Positions 9,180 through 19,150 of a DNA stretch of 62,720 bases are shown one piece after another (position 1 is the first letter of the stretch; the number at the start of each line of letters is the position of its first letter). The position numbers and the translations under genes are program-made. The stretch is from the NCBI GenBank assembly GCA_029856105.1, contig JAHQWH010000013.1, positions 1 to 62,720 on the forward strand, in the 5' to 3' direction. A model generated the notes under the pieces. That model was given only the letters and a program-made list of their open reading frames with translations, was not told the origin of the DNA and did no database searches. Origin of the DNA: Promethearchaeia archaeon. Lineage in GTDB: Archaea > Asgardarchaeota > Lokiarchaeia > Sigyniarchaeales > SOKP01.

Positions 9180-11231
9180 CTAATAAAAATCATATAATTT
9201 CGTTTGTTTTTTATCATCGTCCATTGATATCTTGTTTGCGATTTCATTTCTAACGATTTCTTCACTTTGTAATAATTGTTCATTATCTGAGTGGTTTTCT
9301 TTATCATTAGATATGGTGTCAATTTTCAATTCTTCTATATCTTCGCGTGTTTCATCTATTTGAAATGCTAATATAAAATTAATTATTTTTGGTAAAACCT
9401 CGCTCATATTTTCTATTGAAAGATTTTTAGCAAATGTAAAAGCTTTAAGACCTTTTTTGTCTCCGTGTTGCGTTATTCCGATTAATTTTTCAAAATTAGG
9501 ATTTATTGTAATTAAACCAATTTTATTATTGCCTATTGAAATAAGCTCATTTATCTTATTATTTTCCTTAAATCGTCTTTTCTTCCCTTGAATTTGCTCA
9601 ATTTTTCGATTATCATATCCTAACTCTCGTAATTTATCTGCAGATTTTTCTTGTTCAGCGGTTAACGGATCAATATCGTGAATAACGATAATCGGTTTAT
9701 CGTAATAGAATAATATCTTGATAAAATAAGATAGCATAGTTTTTCCACCGCATTCTACTATTGAGAAATTTAATTTATCAAAATTTTTACCCATTAGCTC
9801 AGCAACGTGAGATAATACAATTTTTTCCACATTACCTTCAACTAATATAACTTTTTTTGCAAAAAACATTTCGTTTCTTTCAGGATTGAATCTCATTAAA
9901 AGTTCATATTCTTTTTGCACCTTTGGTTTAAATAACTCTTTTTCTATAAAACTTATTCGAGAACCCGTTTCTATCGGTTCTTTAATTGTTAATCCTATTG
10001 ATAAATAGTTACTTATATCAATGAAATTAGAACTATGAGTGCTATAAAACACTTGATCGTATTCAGATATTAGAATTAATATATCTCTAAGGGATTTCTG
10101 TGCTTGGGGATGTAAATATAATTCAGGCTCTTCTATTATAAATAAAAATGGTTTATCTTCTGAAATTCCTTTATCTTTTATCTTATTCTTTAGATATTCT
10201 GAATATGTAATAAAAAGAGAAAAAATTAATGCTCTTTTTAATCCATCGCCTTTATTTTCTATTGAGCTTTCTATTCCGTCATTAATTATTATATCCGTAT
10301 TCGTAAAAAAATCTTGTAATCTTGGGGGAAAAATCTTAATTTCTATGCTATTTGTAGCAATATTTTGATTTAAATTTTTCAATAAATTACTTTCAATTTG
10401 TTTAATTATTTCAAATCGTTTATCTTCTTCATCTTCTCCTTTTTTTAGAAGGGTTTCTAGCTCGTTGCGATTTTTTTTAAATTCTTCAATTATCTTTGAA
10501 TCGTCCGAATTGTCCTCTATGCTTTTTAAAATTATTTTCTCTAAAATTTTTTTATAAATTGATTTACTTTTTTCAGATGTTTTTACTTCTTCCGAAATTT
10601 TTTTTGTCGCCTCAATGTATAACACTTCTGGTAAAAAGCTAGAAATTTCTTTCCATTTTAGTTTTGTACTACACTCTTTTTTTTTGAGTTCACATTCATT
10701 ACCTTTTTCTTTTATAAATTGAGGTATAGCTTTTTCTACACTTGCTTTAGTTATTTTCCCTTTATCATTTTTAATTCCATCTTCATAATCATGTTCCTTA
10801 AAAAAGTTAATAATTGCTTCGCTATTTTCTCCCCATTTATTAAATTTACTACCATCAAAATGGGGAATTTCTGGAAGTTCTCGCGTTATTAGAAGATCTG
10901 ATGAAACTCTTTCAGTTTCTTCGTTCATCGATATAATTTTTGTTATAATTAGATTGTTATCACACAAGTAATCTTCAAAAAATATATTTTCCAACTCGGT
11001 TAAATTGAAAAATGTTATTGATATTTTAATCAAGTTTTTTATGGTCTTTTGAAAAAAATCTTCTTGTGTAATTCCAGCAACAGAACTTTTAAAGAATAAG
11101 TCTATAGCTCTAAAAACATTTGTTTTCCCTGAATTGTTTTCTCCAATCAATTGTAAAAAGTTATTTTTTATTTTAATGGTTAATTTCTTTATGGAGCGAT
11201 AATTCTCAATTGATATCGTTTCTATTAACAT
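9180..11231 (-). CDS. OLD-family ATP-dependent nuclease (ABC ATPase + TOPRIM)
   Basis: IENYRSI, Walker A GENNSGKT, signature KGDGLKR, Walker B IEEPELYLHP, STHS, TOPRIM LVEG...CGGK...DID. Confidence 0.9.
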   Translation of the reverse strand: MLIETISIENYRSIKKLTIKIKNNFLQLIGENNSGKTNVFRAIDLFFKSSVAGITQEDFFQKTIKNLIKISITFFNLTELENIFFEDYLCDNNLIITKIISMNEETERVSSDLLITRELPEIPHFDGSKFNKWGENSEAIINFFKEHDYEDGIKNDKGKITKASVEKAIPQFIKEKGNECELKKKECSTKLKWKEISSFLPEVLYIEATKKISEEVKTSEKSKSIYKKILEKIILKSIEDNSDDSKIIEEFKKNRNELETLLKKGEDEEDKRFEIIKQIESNLLKNLNQNIATNSIEIKIFPPRLQDFFTNTDIIINDGIESSIENKGDGLKRALIFSLFITYSEYLKNKIKDKGISEDKPFLFIIEEPELYLHPQAQKSLRDILILISEYDQVFYSTHSSNFIDISNYLSIGLTIKEPIETGSRISFIEKELFKPKVQKEYELLMRFNPERNEMFFAKKVILVEGNVEKIVLSHVAELMGKNFDKLNFSIVECGGKTMLSYFIKILFYYDKPIIVIHDIDPLTAEQEKSADKLRELGYDNRKIEQIQGKKRRFKENNKINELISIGNNKIGLITINPNFEKLIGITQHGDKKGLKAFTFAKNLSIENMSEVLPKIINFILAFQIDETREDIEELKIDTISNDKENHSDNEQLLQSEEIVRNEIANKISMDDDKKQTKLYDFY

Positions 11232-11502
11232 GTTCTGATTTTAGATTTAATTGTTTATTTTGTGTATTATCAAAAAAAAAAAGGGTTCAAACTTTTGTCT
11301 TACCTAAGCTAAATTCTATTAATTCAATTTATCTGTTTTTCAATAACAGAGTAGAATTTAAGGTTTTTATATTTGTGTCAATTTTTATTATTATTTTTTT
11401 TCTTTTTTGCTCGTTTTATCTGCGTGCGACTGAATTCTTCGGGCAGCTTTAGAGGTTATTTTATTTTTTCCCATACAAACACCTATGAAATGTGATTTTG
11501 AT

Positions 11503-12438
11503 TTATTTACCGAAAAGTTTCTCCCACTGGTTGTTTTTAGCTAAGTTGTTCGCGTGTCGTAGTTTATTATTAAAAGTGCTTACTTGTTTCTTATTGTAAT
11601 CGTTTAGAATTGATTTATAAGTGTATACTCTATCTTTTAATATCAATTCGTTATCAAAATGTTTTCCGAAAAGAATGACAGATTCTCTAAAAAAAGTTCG
11701 TACAGCACCTTTCCACCCGTTTATTTCGTGATCAATAAAAATTTCTTCGACTAATCTTTGAATCACATAAGATTTTAACGGTTTTTTCCAATGCCAGTTC
11801 CAATATTTTAGTAGCAAAATGAGCTTTGTTCCGTTACCGTGGTGTTTCTTGTTCAATTTGTTAAGTCCTTTTTCCTCGGATTTTAGATTAATTTTTTTTT
11901 GGTCATTCCATCCATCAGGAACGAGCAATAAGTTTTTAGGTAACTCTATCGCAGGAATGCAATCCATCTTCAGAACCTTATTTTGATAATGTAATTCAAT
12001 GGGTATGGCGTGAGTGCGTGGAAGTGCCTTTAATATTACAAGGTCTTTGTTAATTCTTTCGTGAATTGTGTCTAAATCGTCATATAATGTCGTGAACATG
12101 CATTCTCCGTCTAAAATTTCGAGGTTTAAAGAAAATCCATCGTTTTCCTTGTATATCATATAGATATCGATGTCAAACTTTTTATTTATGTGCACTCCTA
12201 AATCAAAAGAGCCACCGTACCAAAATCCTTTCACTTGGACAGCGTTAGAAAATTCTTGAATAGCATTTTGGGGAGGAGTGAATATCCATTCTGATACCTT
12301 GATTAGTTCTTTTTTCACATAATTAACCTGATTTCTAAGATATTTTTCTTTTCCTTCCTTAATGGTTAAACCGTCAATTAATTGTTCAAACCAATGTTCT
12401 GTATATTTTTTCGACAAATCAGTAATTAAAGAAAACAT
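11503..12438 (-). CDS. cGAS/DncV/OAS-like nucleotidyltransferase (CD-NTase/SMODS)
   Basis: GGSFDLGVHINKKFDIDI catalytic motif, third Asp in MDCIPA, LLVPD, helical KLILLLKYWN...LKSYVIQRLV. Confidence 0.82.
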   Translation of the reverse strand: MFSLITDLSKKYTEHWFEQLIDGLTIKEGKEKYLRNQVNYVKKELIKVSEWIFTPPQNAIQEFSNAVQVKGFWYGGSFDLGVHINKKFDIDIYMIYKENDGFSLNLEILDGECMFTTLYDDLDTIHERINKDLVILKALPRTHAIPIELHYQNKVLKMDCIPAIELPKNLLLVPDGWNDQKKINLKSEEKGLNKLNKKHHGNGTKLILLLKYWNWHWKKPLKSYVIQRLVEEIFIDHEINGWKGAVRTFFRESVILFGKHFDNELILKDRVYTYKSILNDYNKKQVSTFNNKLRHANNLAKNNQWEKLFGK

Positions 12439-12553
12439 GCATATTTAAATTTGATCATCTTAGAACCATCAGTAAAATGAAAAGTTTATAAAAATTAGAT
12501 CTGAACAGTTAAACCTTTTTATTTCGAAAGTGGTATATTTCTTTCTCCAATTA

Positions 12554-15535
12554 TTAAAAATCTAATAAGCTTTTTTGACTCTTTTCATATACCTTTTTTG
12601 CGCCTTTTAAATCTAATTTCCTTTTTTTTACTCTTTTTCCATCATCCAAAAGAATTTCGGGATCAACACCCTTTCTTCTTGCGTCTGATATCTTTATTAC
12701 TACTTCACTAAGCTCATCAACTAATTCCTCTGAGTTTAATCCAGATAATACTGCTTTATCAAGCTTTTTGAGTTTTGCATAATACTCATCTGTGTTTATT
12801 GGCACATCTTGTAATTCTCTGAATCTCATTTTTATATTTTGTTTTTGATCCTCTGATAATTTAGAAGGATCTGGAATTTTCATAGTCTCGACTTCATATA
12901 TTACTACTCTAGAAGCGCCCCCTCCAGTGGTTCTTCCTTCAATCTCTCTAACGAGTTTGAAGTAATTTGAATTAAGAATCCCCGCTATTACATCCCTATC
13001 AATATCCTCTTTCAAATTAATATCATATAAGTTACGATCGGCAACAATTCCGTCTAAATTAACGGGTATAAAAATACGTTCCCAACAAGTTTCAGGTATA
13101 AACATATCTGGGATTGAAAGCTCTCCAAGATTAAACCAACATTGATATCTGTTTCTGTTAGCGATACACGTAGGTCTTAAATGTGGAAGTTTATGAGAAC
13201 CCCAATCTCTTTCCCACATATTGTGAATTATGTAAGAATAAGTTCCTTGATATCCATCATCATATAAACATTTTAAAATATACCGTTCTAAATTAGTTAA
13301 GTCTTTTAAATTCGCGTTCGAAGGTAAATCTGGTAGTTTTATAATTTGTAGATCCTTTTCTGCGAAATTTTTTAATTTCTTATAAATATAATTATTTAAA
13401 TCAAGAACCATAAATTTTGAATTAGACTTCCTAAAAGAAATTGTTTCAGTTTGCCTTATCGATTTTGCTATAGGTCTAAGAAATTTCATATTTATACCCC
13501 ACTTTTTGTATTCAGCTTCCTCTATGTAAAAAAAATCGTTACATCCACTGGTTATTCTCCTGCTTATAGTTACTATTTCTTTTAATTCTAGCATGTCGGA
13601 TCGCGAAATTATGTCCCAATATATATTGGGGGCATAGATAAATTTATCCCATTTTCTTTCTCTACAAAGATCTTTCTGGCTTTTACTTAAAATTCTTATT
13701 TGGTTATTTTCCAAAAGTGTCTCAGGTTCACTCTTTTCTGAAACTCTAGATATGATTTCATCTAATTTCATTTTTCTTTTAATTCGTATAAATTTTACAA
13801 CATTTTCATTTCTCTTTTCTTTCTCTTCACACTTGGTTAAAAGAGTAATACATGTTGGAACTAAAGCCTCTTCAAAAACACTTTTAGAAAACTCAATTAC
13901 TGCTTGAATTTTAAATGTATTTAAAAAAAAGTCTTGTAAATCTTCTCCATACCTAGTTGTTAGCCATTTATTAGATGTAATAAATCCTAATCTCCCATTA
14001 TTATCTAAAAATTCTGAAGAATGAGTAAAAAAATAAACATAAATATCTGATCTATCACTAAATTTTTTATATCCTATTCTTTTTAGATGTCTTCGGCATA
14101 ACTCTTTATTCGCTATTTTTTCTTGTCGTATATAAGGAGGATTACCAATAATCACATTTACTTTTGTGGGAACATTTAATTTTGTAGAATCGGTCACTTT
14201 TTTGATACCACTAATTGTTGCTAATTCAACAACAATTCTATTCTGTTTAGGATTAAGATTAAAGTAATCTTGAACCTCAAGATTTAAACTCTTCGTGTTA
14301 GAATTTAAATCTCTTAAAGCGAGGTTGATTGCCGTTAAATGTATTGGAAATCGATTTATATCAATTCCGTATAATTGATTTAATAACTCGTTATGTGTTT
14401 TTATAATTTTCTCTTTTTTATTAATAGCCTTTAATCTTTCATATGCCCCTACCAGAAAACTACCGCTACCACAACCAGGATCCAACAAACGATCATTTGC
14501 ATCTAATATAGTTAATTTAGTTATTAAATCTACAACTTCTTTTGGTGTGTAATATTGTCCTAAATCGTGTCTTTCTTTAATGGGGATAATACTTTCGTAG
14601 ATCTTTCCCACAACATCATGATCGAACTGTGATAAGTCATATTGTTCAAGTTCCTCTAAAAATTCCTTTATTTCAACTACAACCTCGTCGTTAAACGGTA
14701 CTTCATCAAAAATGGGATCATGTTCATATACAACTTCAAAATCTATTTTGTTTATTAGTTCCATAAATTTTTCTTTTAAAGAATTAGCAAAATCATCAGT
14801 TTCTTCGATGGTTAGTTTAGGAATCTTTTCGTAGGCAGGTTGATCTTCAATAATTTTATAAAAAACCAATTTATTCATCAAAAGATATGCCCATTGCGTA
14901 TTAAATCGCATTAGACTTTCAGCAAAATTTGCAAAAGCCCATCCTTGATTTTTTATCCATTCCTCAATATTTTTTTTAAACTGAATATTTGCATTAAGCT
15001 TCTCGTAAACACCATGCTTGTTTTTTAATATTAACCGATTGTGAAAGCCCTTTAAACGCTTTATAAAAGCTTGATGTCGTGGATCCCATTTTCTAATGCC
15101 TTTTTCTAAACCTGCTACTTCTTTAAGTAATGAGGGAGTAAATTCACCTATGTTTTTTACTAAGTAAGCGCTAGTTTTTCTTTCAAGTAAATGAGTTCCT
15201 TCTTCAAATGTGTGAAATAAAACAAGAGTATCGCCGTTATAAGTTGCGAAATAATTCGCTCCTATTTTCGAGGCGTACCCAAATGCTTGTTCTATTACTT
15301 TAGGAGAGTAAGGGTCAAGATCTCTTTTATATCCTCCTTTCATCTTTCTCTTAGCTTCAATTACCAAAAAGGGTCTTCTATTCTCAACATAAATAACGAT
15401 ATCTGCAAAACCGCTATTCACTTTTACTTCCGGTCTTACACTTGTAAATTTAATTCCATGATATTCTTTACCTTGTTGGATACTGTTTTTCAAATGTCTA
15501 TAGAGTTCAAAATGAATTATAGCTTCTGTGCTCAT
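12554..15535 (-). CDS. Type IIG fused restriction endonuclease / N6-adenine methyltransferase
   Basis: N-terminal ADIV..IEAK..QAFGYA nuclease; GQYYTP, LLDPGCGSGSFL (motif I), GNPPY (motif IV); C-terminal target-recognition region. Confidence 0.9.
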   Translation of the reverse strand: MSTEAIIHFELYRHLKNSIQQGKEYHGIKFTSVRPEVKVNSGFADIVIYVENRRPFLVIEAKRKMKGGYKRDLDPYSPKVIEQAFGYASKIGANYFATYNGDTLVLFHTFEEGTHLLERKTSAYLVKNIGEFTPSLLKEVAGLEKGIRKWDPRHQAFIKRLKGFHNRLILKNKHGVYEKLNANIQFKKNIEEWIKNQGWAFANFAESLMRFNTQWAYLLMNKLVFYKIIEDQPAYEKIPKLTIEETDDFANSLKEKFMELINKIDFEVVYEHDPIFDEVPFNDEVVVEIKEFLEELEQYDLSQFDHDVVGKIYESIIPIKERHDLGQYYTPKEVVDLITKLTILDANDRLLDPGCGSGSFLVGAYERLKAINKKEKIIKTHNELLNQLYGIDINRFPIHLTAINLALRDLNSNTKSLNLEVQDYFNLNPKQNRIVVELATISGIKKVTDSTKLNVPTKVNVIIGNPPYIRQEKIANKELCRRHLKRIGYKKFSDRSDIYVYFFTHSSEFLDNNGRLGFITSNKWLTTRYGEDLQDFFLNTFKIQAVIEFSKSVFEEALVPTCITLLTKCEEKEKRNENVVKFIRIKRKMKLDEIISRVSEKSEPETLLENNQIRILSKSQKDLCRERKWDKFIYAPNIYWDIISRSDMLELKEIVTISRRITSGCNDFFYIEEAEYKKWGINMKFLRPIAKSIRQTETISFRKSNSKFMVLDLNNYIYKKLKNFAEKDLQIIKLPDLPSNANLKDLTNLERYILKCLYDDGYQGTYSYIIHNMWERDWGSHKLPHLRPTCIANRNRYQCWFNLGELSIPDMFIPETCWERIFIPVNLDGIVADRNLYDINLKEDIDRDVIAGILNSNYFKLVREIEGRTTGGGASRVVIYEVETMKIPDPSKLSEDQKQNIKMRFRELQDVPINTDEYYAKLKKLDKAVLSGLNSEELVDELSEVVIKISDARRKGVDPEILLDDGKRVKKRKLDLKGAKKVYEKSQKSLLDF

Positions 15536-15672
15536 TCTTCATAACCTTATTTTATTGAATCAATTGATTCTCCTAAAACATCAATATATTTTAATGGAAT
15601 AAATATTTTTACGACTTTTTTATAATTATCTGTTAATATTTCTTCGGATTCATTATTTTTAAAGAAAAAAAA

Positions 15673-16188
15673 TCAAAAATGTAGTTGTTTAAAAGCCCCT
15701 TCTCTTTTCCATCTTGTTTGATCTCTACCAGGTGTTTCAAGATCTAGAGCGCAAATACCATTTTTTAAAATCAAAATTTCATCTCTAAAGGGAGCGATAA
15801 TTTTCTCTACATTTAATTCTCCAATTTTTACAATGTTTGGCACTGATTGTTTTTGATTACGGGCTACTGGCTTATTATATCGATATTGAAAACTTTTTTG
15901 CTCTATGGTGTTTTTTCTCAATGCTTCAATTAATAATTTTCCTAATGGTCTTATTTCATGTGGCAAGACATAAAGATCAGCTCTTAAGTGTTGACCAGGT
16001 ATTCGCATTTTACTTATGATATAGTCTGATATTTTTATAACAAGAAAAAGGATTTGGTTCAAATTTTCATAGGAAAAATTAAGCGACACAGTTTCAGTTT
16101 CAGACGGATGCTCAAGAACCTGTAATTTTTTAGTCCAATAAACTTTAAAGTGCCTACCTTCACAATTATAACTAAAGTAGGTTGTCAT
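15673..16188 (-). CDS. Hypothetical protein
   Basis: 171-aa ATG ORF, co-oriented with neighbours; no reliable motif. Confidence 0.55.
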   Translation of the reverse strand: MTTYFSYNCEGRHFKVYWTKKLQVLEHPSETETVSLNFSYENLNQILFLVIKISDYIISKMRIPGQHLRADLYVLPHEIRPLGKLLIEALRKNTIEQKSFQYRYNKPVARNQKQSVPNIVKIGELNVEKIIAPFRDEILILKNGICALDLETPGRDQTRWKREGAFKQLHF

Positions 16189-16510
16189 TTCATTAACTCA
16201 AGAAGTTTTGATTAATTGAGAATTCATCTTATGATTGATTAAAATTTTATTCTTATAATAAACTTAATTAAACTTTGTTTTAAGGATAGAGGTCATTACA
16301 AAATGTTAATTGAATAAATCTTTAGGATTATATATAATTTGTAATTGATTTTAATATTAAGATAATTTCTCCCTATTAATACATATCTCTTTATGGTTAG
16401 TTAATATTTTAATTTATTCTTCCTAAATAAGCTTAGATTTACCTTTATTCCTTATCTTATCGATATTTTCCAAAAATCACAATTCTCTTTATTGATTATT
16501 ACTTTTTAAT

Positions 16511-17458
16511 TCAAATCCGAAATATCTTATGTGGATTATTACCTATTTCCCATTTTAGCAAATTTTTATATAATACATATTTTTTCAAATGATTTAATCC
16601 AAAAGCAACCTCAAAGAATTTATGTATATCTAAACTTGGCATTCTGCAGTCTTTTTTTCTTTTTGATAAAAAAGTATTTATTCCAACTGCCAATATAGAA
16701 AAAGCGTCATGCCCTTGACAAAATTGGCAAATTAAATTTTTATCGAAGGATTTAAGTTCTTCTTCTAATTCATTTTTAAGCCTTTTTTTAAAATCAGAAG
16801 TTTTATCATTAGTCACTATGATATCTGTAATTAATCTATTAATATCAATTTCAAGTGAATTATTTTTAATTAAACTGTAATAATTTAGTGTTTTAAATAA
16901 TAAATTAAAATTCTTCAAATCATTTATCCATCTTAAGATACCGATAGTTTTAGTACTATCTAATATATATTCACGTAATTTATTGGCAATTTCTTCGTCC
17001 TTAATATTAGTTTTATATTTTTTTTTTAAATGATGTTTTATTCGTTCTTTTTCAGTACAATGGCGATTAAAAAATTTATTAAAAACTTTTGATTTTAACA
17101 TCATAATATTAATATCATGATAATCTGTTCGAAATAATGATTTATGAACATAAAATTTCTTGTTTGTATAATCAAAATCTGCATCTACTATAGCAACAAT
17201 ACCTATTACAGAAAATTGACCGGATAATTCTCTATATAATATTTTTAAAGCTTCAATAGATACTTTCTTATCACCAGAAACCTTAATAATTACATCTTTG
17301 TGCTTGAAATTGTCATTCCAGAGATTTAAATCAGCTTCCCCTTCAACGATTAAATAGGTTTTGTTTTCTCTAGTCTCTTGATATTGCGTTAAAATTGATG
17401 TAGCAAATGCTTTAGCGCTTATTCTTATCATTTTTCTCTTAATCTCAAGAAGATTCAA
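16511..17458 (-). CDS. DUF4435/TOPRIM-like nuclease (PARIS AriB-like)
   Basis: LIVEGEAD, IVDADFD, TDYHDINIMM, CQGHD; overlaps the upstream ATPase by 14 nt. Confidence 0.82.
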   Translation of the reverse strand: MNLLEIKRKMIRISAKAFATSILTQYQETRENKTYLIVEGEADLNLWNDNFKHKDVIIKVSGDKKVSIEALKILYRELSGQFSVIGIVAIVDADFDYTNKKFYVHKSLFRTDYHDINIMMLKSKVFNKFFNRHCTEKERIKHHLKKKYKTNIKDEEIANKLREYILDSTKTIGILRWINDLKNFNLLFKTLNYYSLIKNNSLEIDINRLITDIIVTNDKTSDFKKRLKNELEEELKSFDKNLICQFCQGHDAFSILAVGINTFLSKRKKDCRMPSLDIHKFFEVAFGLNHLKKYVLYKNLLKWEIGNNPHKIFRI

Positions 17459-18896
17459 TTTTTTCTAGCCTTCTAATAAGCCCGAAACGACCATTGATTA
17501 TTTCTGAAGAATGTGTTGCTATCAAAAAATATAATGATTTTTCTTTTCCCATTTTAATAATATCATCGACAAAATTATTTTGCCAGATTGAATGAAGTGA
17601 TATTTCGGGTTCATCTATTAGGACTAATGCATTTTTCTCTGCTTTAAAAATTAAGTTATAGGATAGTACAACGATGTGTTGTTCCCCTGATGATAATTTA
17701 TCACTAGATAATTTTTCGTCTAAGTTTGTGAAAAAATAAAAACCGTCATTACTATCAAACATTATATCCTTTTCATTTAAATGATTATTAACCACATCTC
17801 TAAATAATCTAAGTTTGTTCATTAAGTCTTTAAATTGTAAATGTTTTTTATTTGTATCATCCACCCATAGTGATATAGACTTAGCGATCTCAGAAATCTC
17901 AAGATTTTCTTTATTAATTTCAGCGATCTCTTTTTCCTTTTTAGTTACTAAACCAAATGAAATTAATTCCTCTTCCAGCTGTCTAATTTCTTCTATTTGT
18001 TTTTCAAGCACAGAACTTGTTGGAAATTTTTCTTTTTCGGTTTTTAAAATATCAACAACACGTTTAGGAAAAGTTCTATTCAGAGTTTGGGAAATCTCAT
18101 TATAATTTCCAATAAATTCATCTTTTATTTCTTGTAATTGTCTAGAAAAAATAGAGATTACTCTTTCAGGCTCAAGTTCGTCCGACGGGATGGAATATTT
18201 GGAAAACCTTCTTTTATCAAATTTTTTATATTGAACCAATCTTTCAGATTCAATATACAATAATGGATTGAATTTTATAACATCATAAAACCATTGAGAT
18301 ATTGGAATTTTTTTTTTTTCAAAAAATAGTTCAAAGAGACTAAATACTTCATGTGGGCTAAGTTCTTTTGTATATATGTAATATTCTTTATTAATTTTCC
18401 TTAATTCAAGGATCAAGTCGTAGATTTCATCGTAATTGTTGTTTTTAAATAATTCAATAAATTTTTCTGCCAAATCAGTGTGTATTAAATAATTATAGAA
18501 AGATATATAATCAAAAGGTTTCTTTTTATAACTCCTTGAAATTCTTTTTATTATTTGTAAATCAATAGGTTTCCATTTTCTTTTAGAGCTTTTAGAAAAT
18601 AGAATAACTTCAGATTTTTCTGGTTTATCACCTTTTTTATATTCAATGAAAGAACCGTTTTTTAATTTAAGAGTAAAAGATTTAAAATTATTTTTTTCCA
18701 AACTAATGAAATTCAATGATAAAATATTATGAATCATTCTAAGAATTGTTGTCTTTCCTGTTCCATTTAATCCATAGATTATAGTAACATTTGGATCTTC
18801 ATTAAAGTCAATGTCATAATTTTTTGTATTAAATAAATCTTCTACTTTTACTCCAATTATTCTCAAATCATCTTTTTCTACTGTCATTTTATTCAA
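17445..18896 (-). CDS. ABC-type ATPase (PARIS AriA-like)
   Basis: Walker A GLNGTGKT, LSSGEQ, Walker B LIDEPEISLH, ATHS. Confidence 0.88.
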   Translation of the reverse strand: MNKMTVEKDDLRIIGVKVEDLFNTKNYDIDFNEDPNVTIIYGLNGTGKTTILRMIHNILSLNFISLEKNNFKSFTLKLKNGSFIEYKKGDKPEKSEVILFSKSSKRKWKPIDLQIIKRISRSYKKKPFDYISFYNYLIHTDLAEKFIELFKNNNYDEIYDLILELRKINKEYYIYTKELSPHEVFSLFELFFEKKKIPISQWFYDVIKFNPLLYIESERLVQYKKFDKRRFSKYSIPSDELEPERVISIFSRQLQEIKDEFIGNYNEISQTLNRTFPKRVVDILKTEKEKFPTSSVLEKQIEEIRQLEEELISFGLVTKKEKEIAEINKENLEISEIAKSISLWVDDTNKKHLQFKDLMNKLRLFRDVVNNHLNEKDIMFDSNDGFYFFTNLDEKLSSDKLSSGEQHIVVLSYNLIFKAEKNALVLIDEPEISLHSIWQNNFVDDIIKMGKEKSLYFLIATHSSEIINGRFGLIRRLEKIESS

Positions 18897-19150
18897 CGAT
18901 TTATATGTATTGGTTTTAATTTTTATCTTTTGCTAATAATTTGGAATTTATATATATAGGTATATTAATTTTTGCCAATTGTTGACACAATTTATTCAAT
19001 ATAAATAATAATGTCTTATCATATTTATATTAAGAATTATCAAAACAATGTTTAACAGACAAATAAAAATTCTTAACTACAGAAACTGTCTAAAAATGCA
19101 AATATTAATAAAATTCTTAAACTTATGATTCAAATTCTATCTTTTGATTA

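Noticed and set aside
9083-9322. 79-aa ORF overlapping the OLD 3' end
   Set aside because: Alternative-frame overlap with low-complexity sequence
9180-11231. Gabija system
   Set aside because: The OLD/GajA-like gene has no adjacent UvrD-like GajB helicase
15673-16188. D5 primase-like fragment (LKNGICALDLET)
   Set aside because: Single short resemblance with no other primase or helicase motifs
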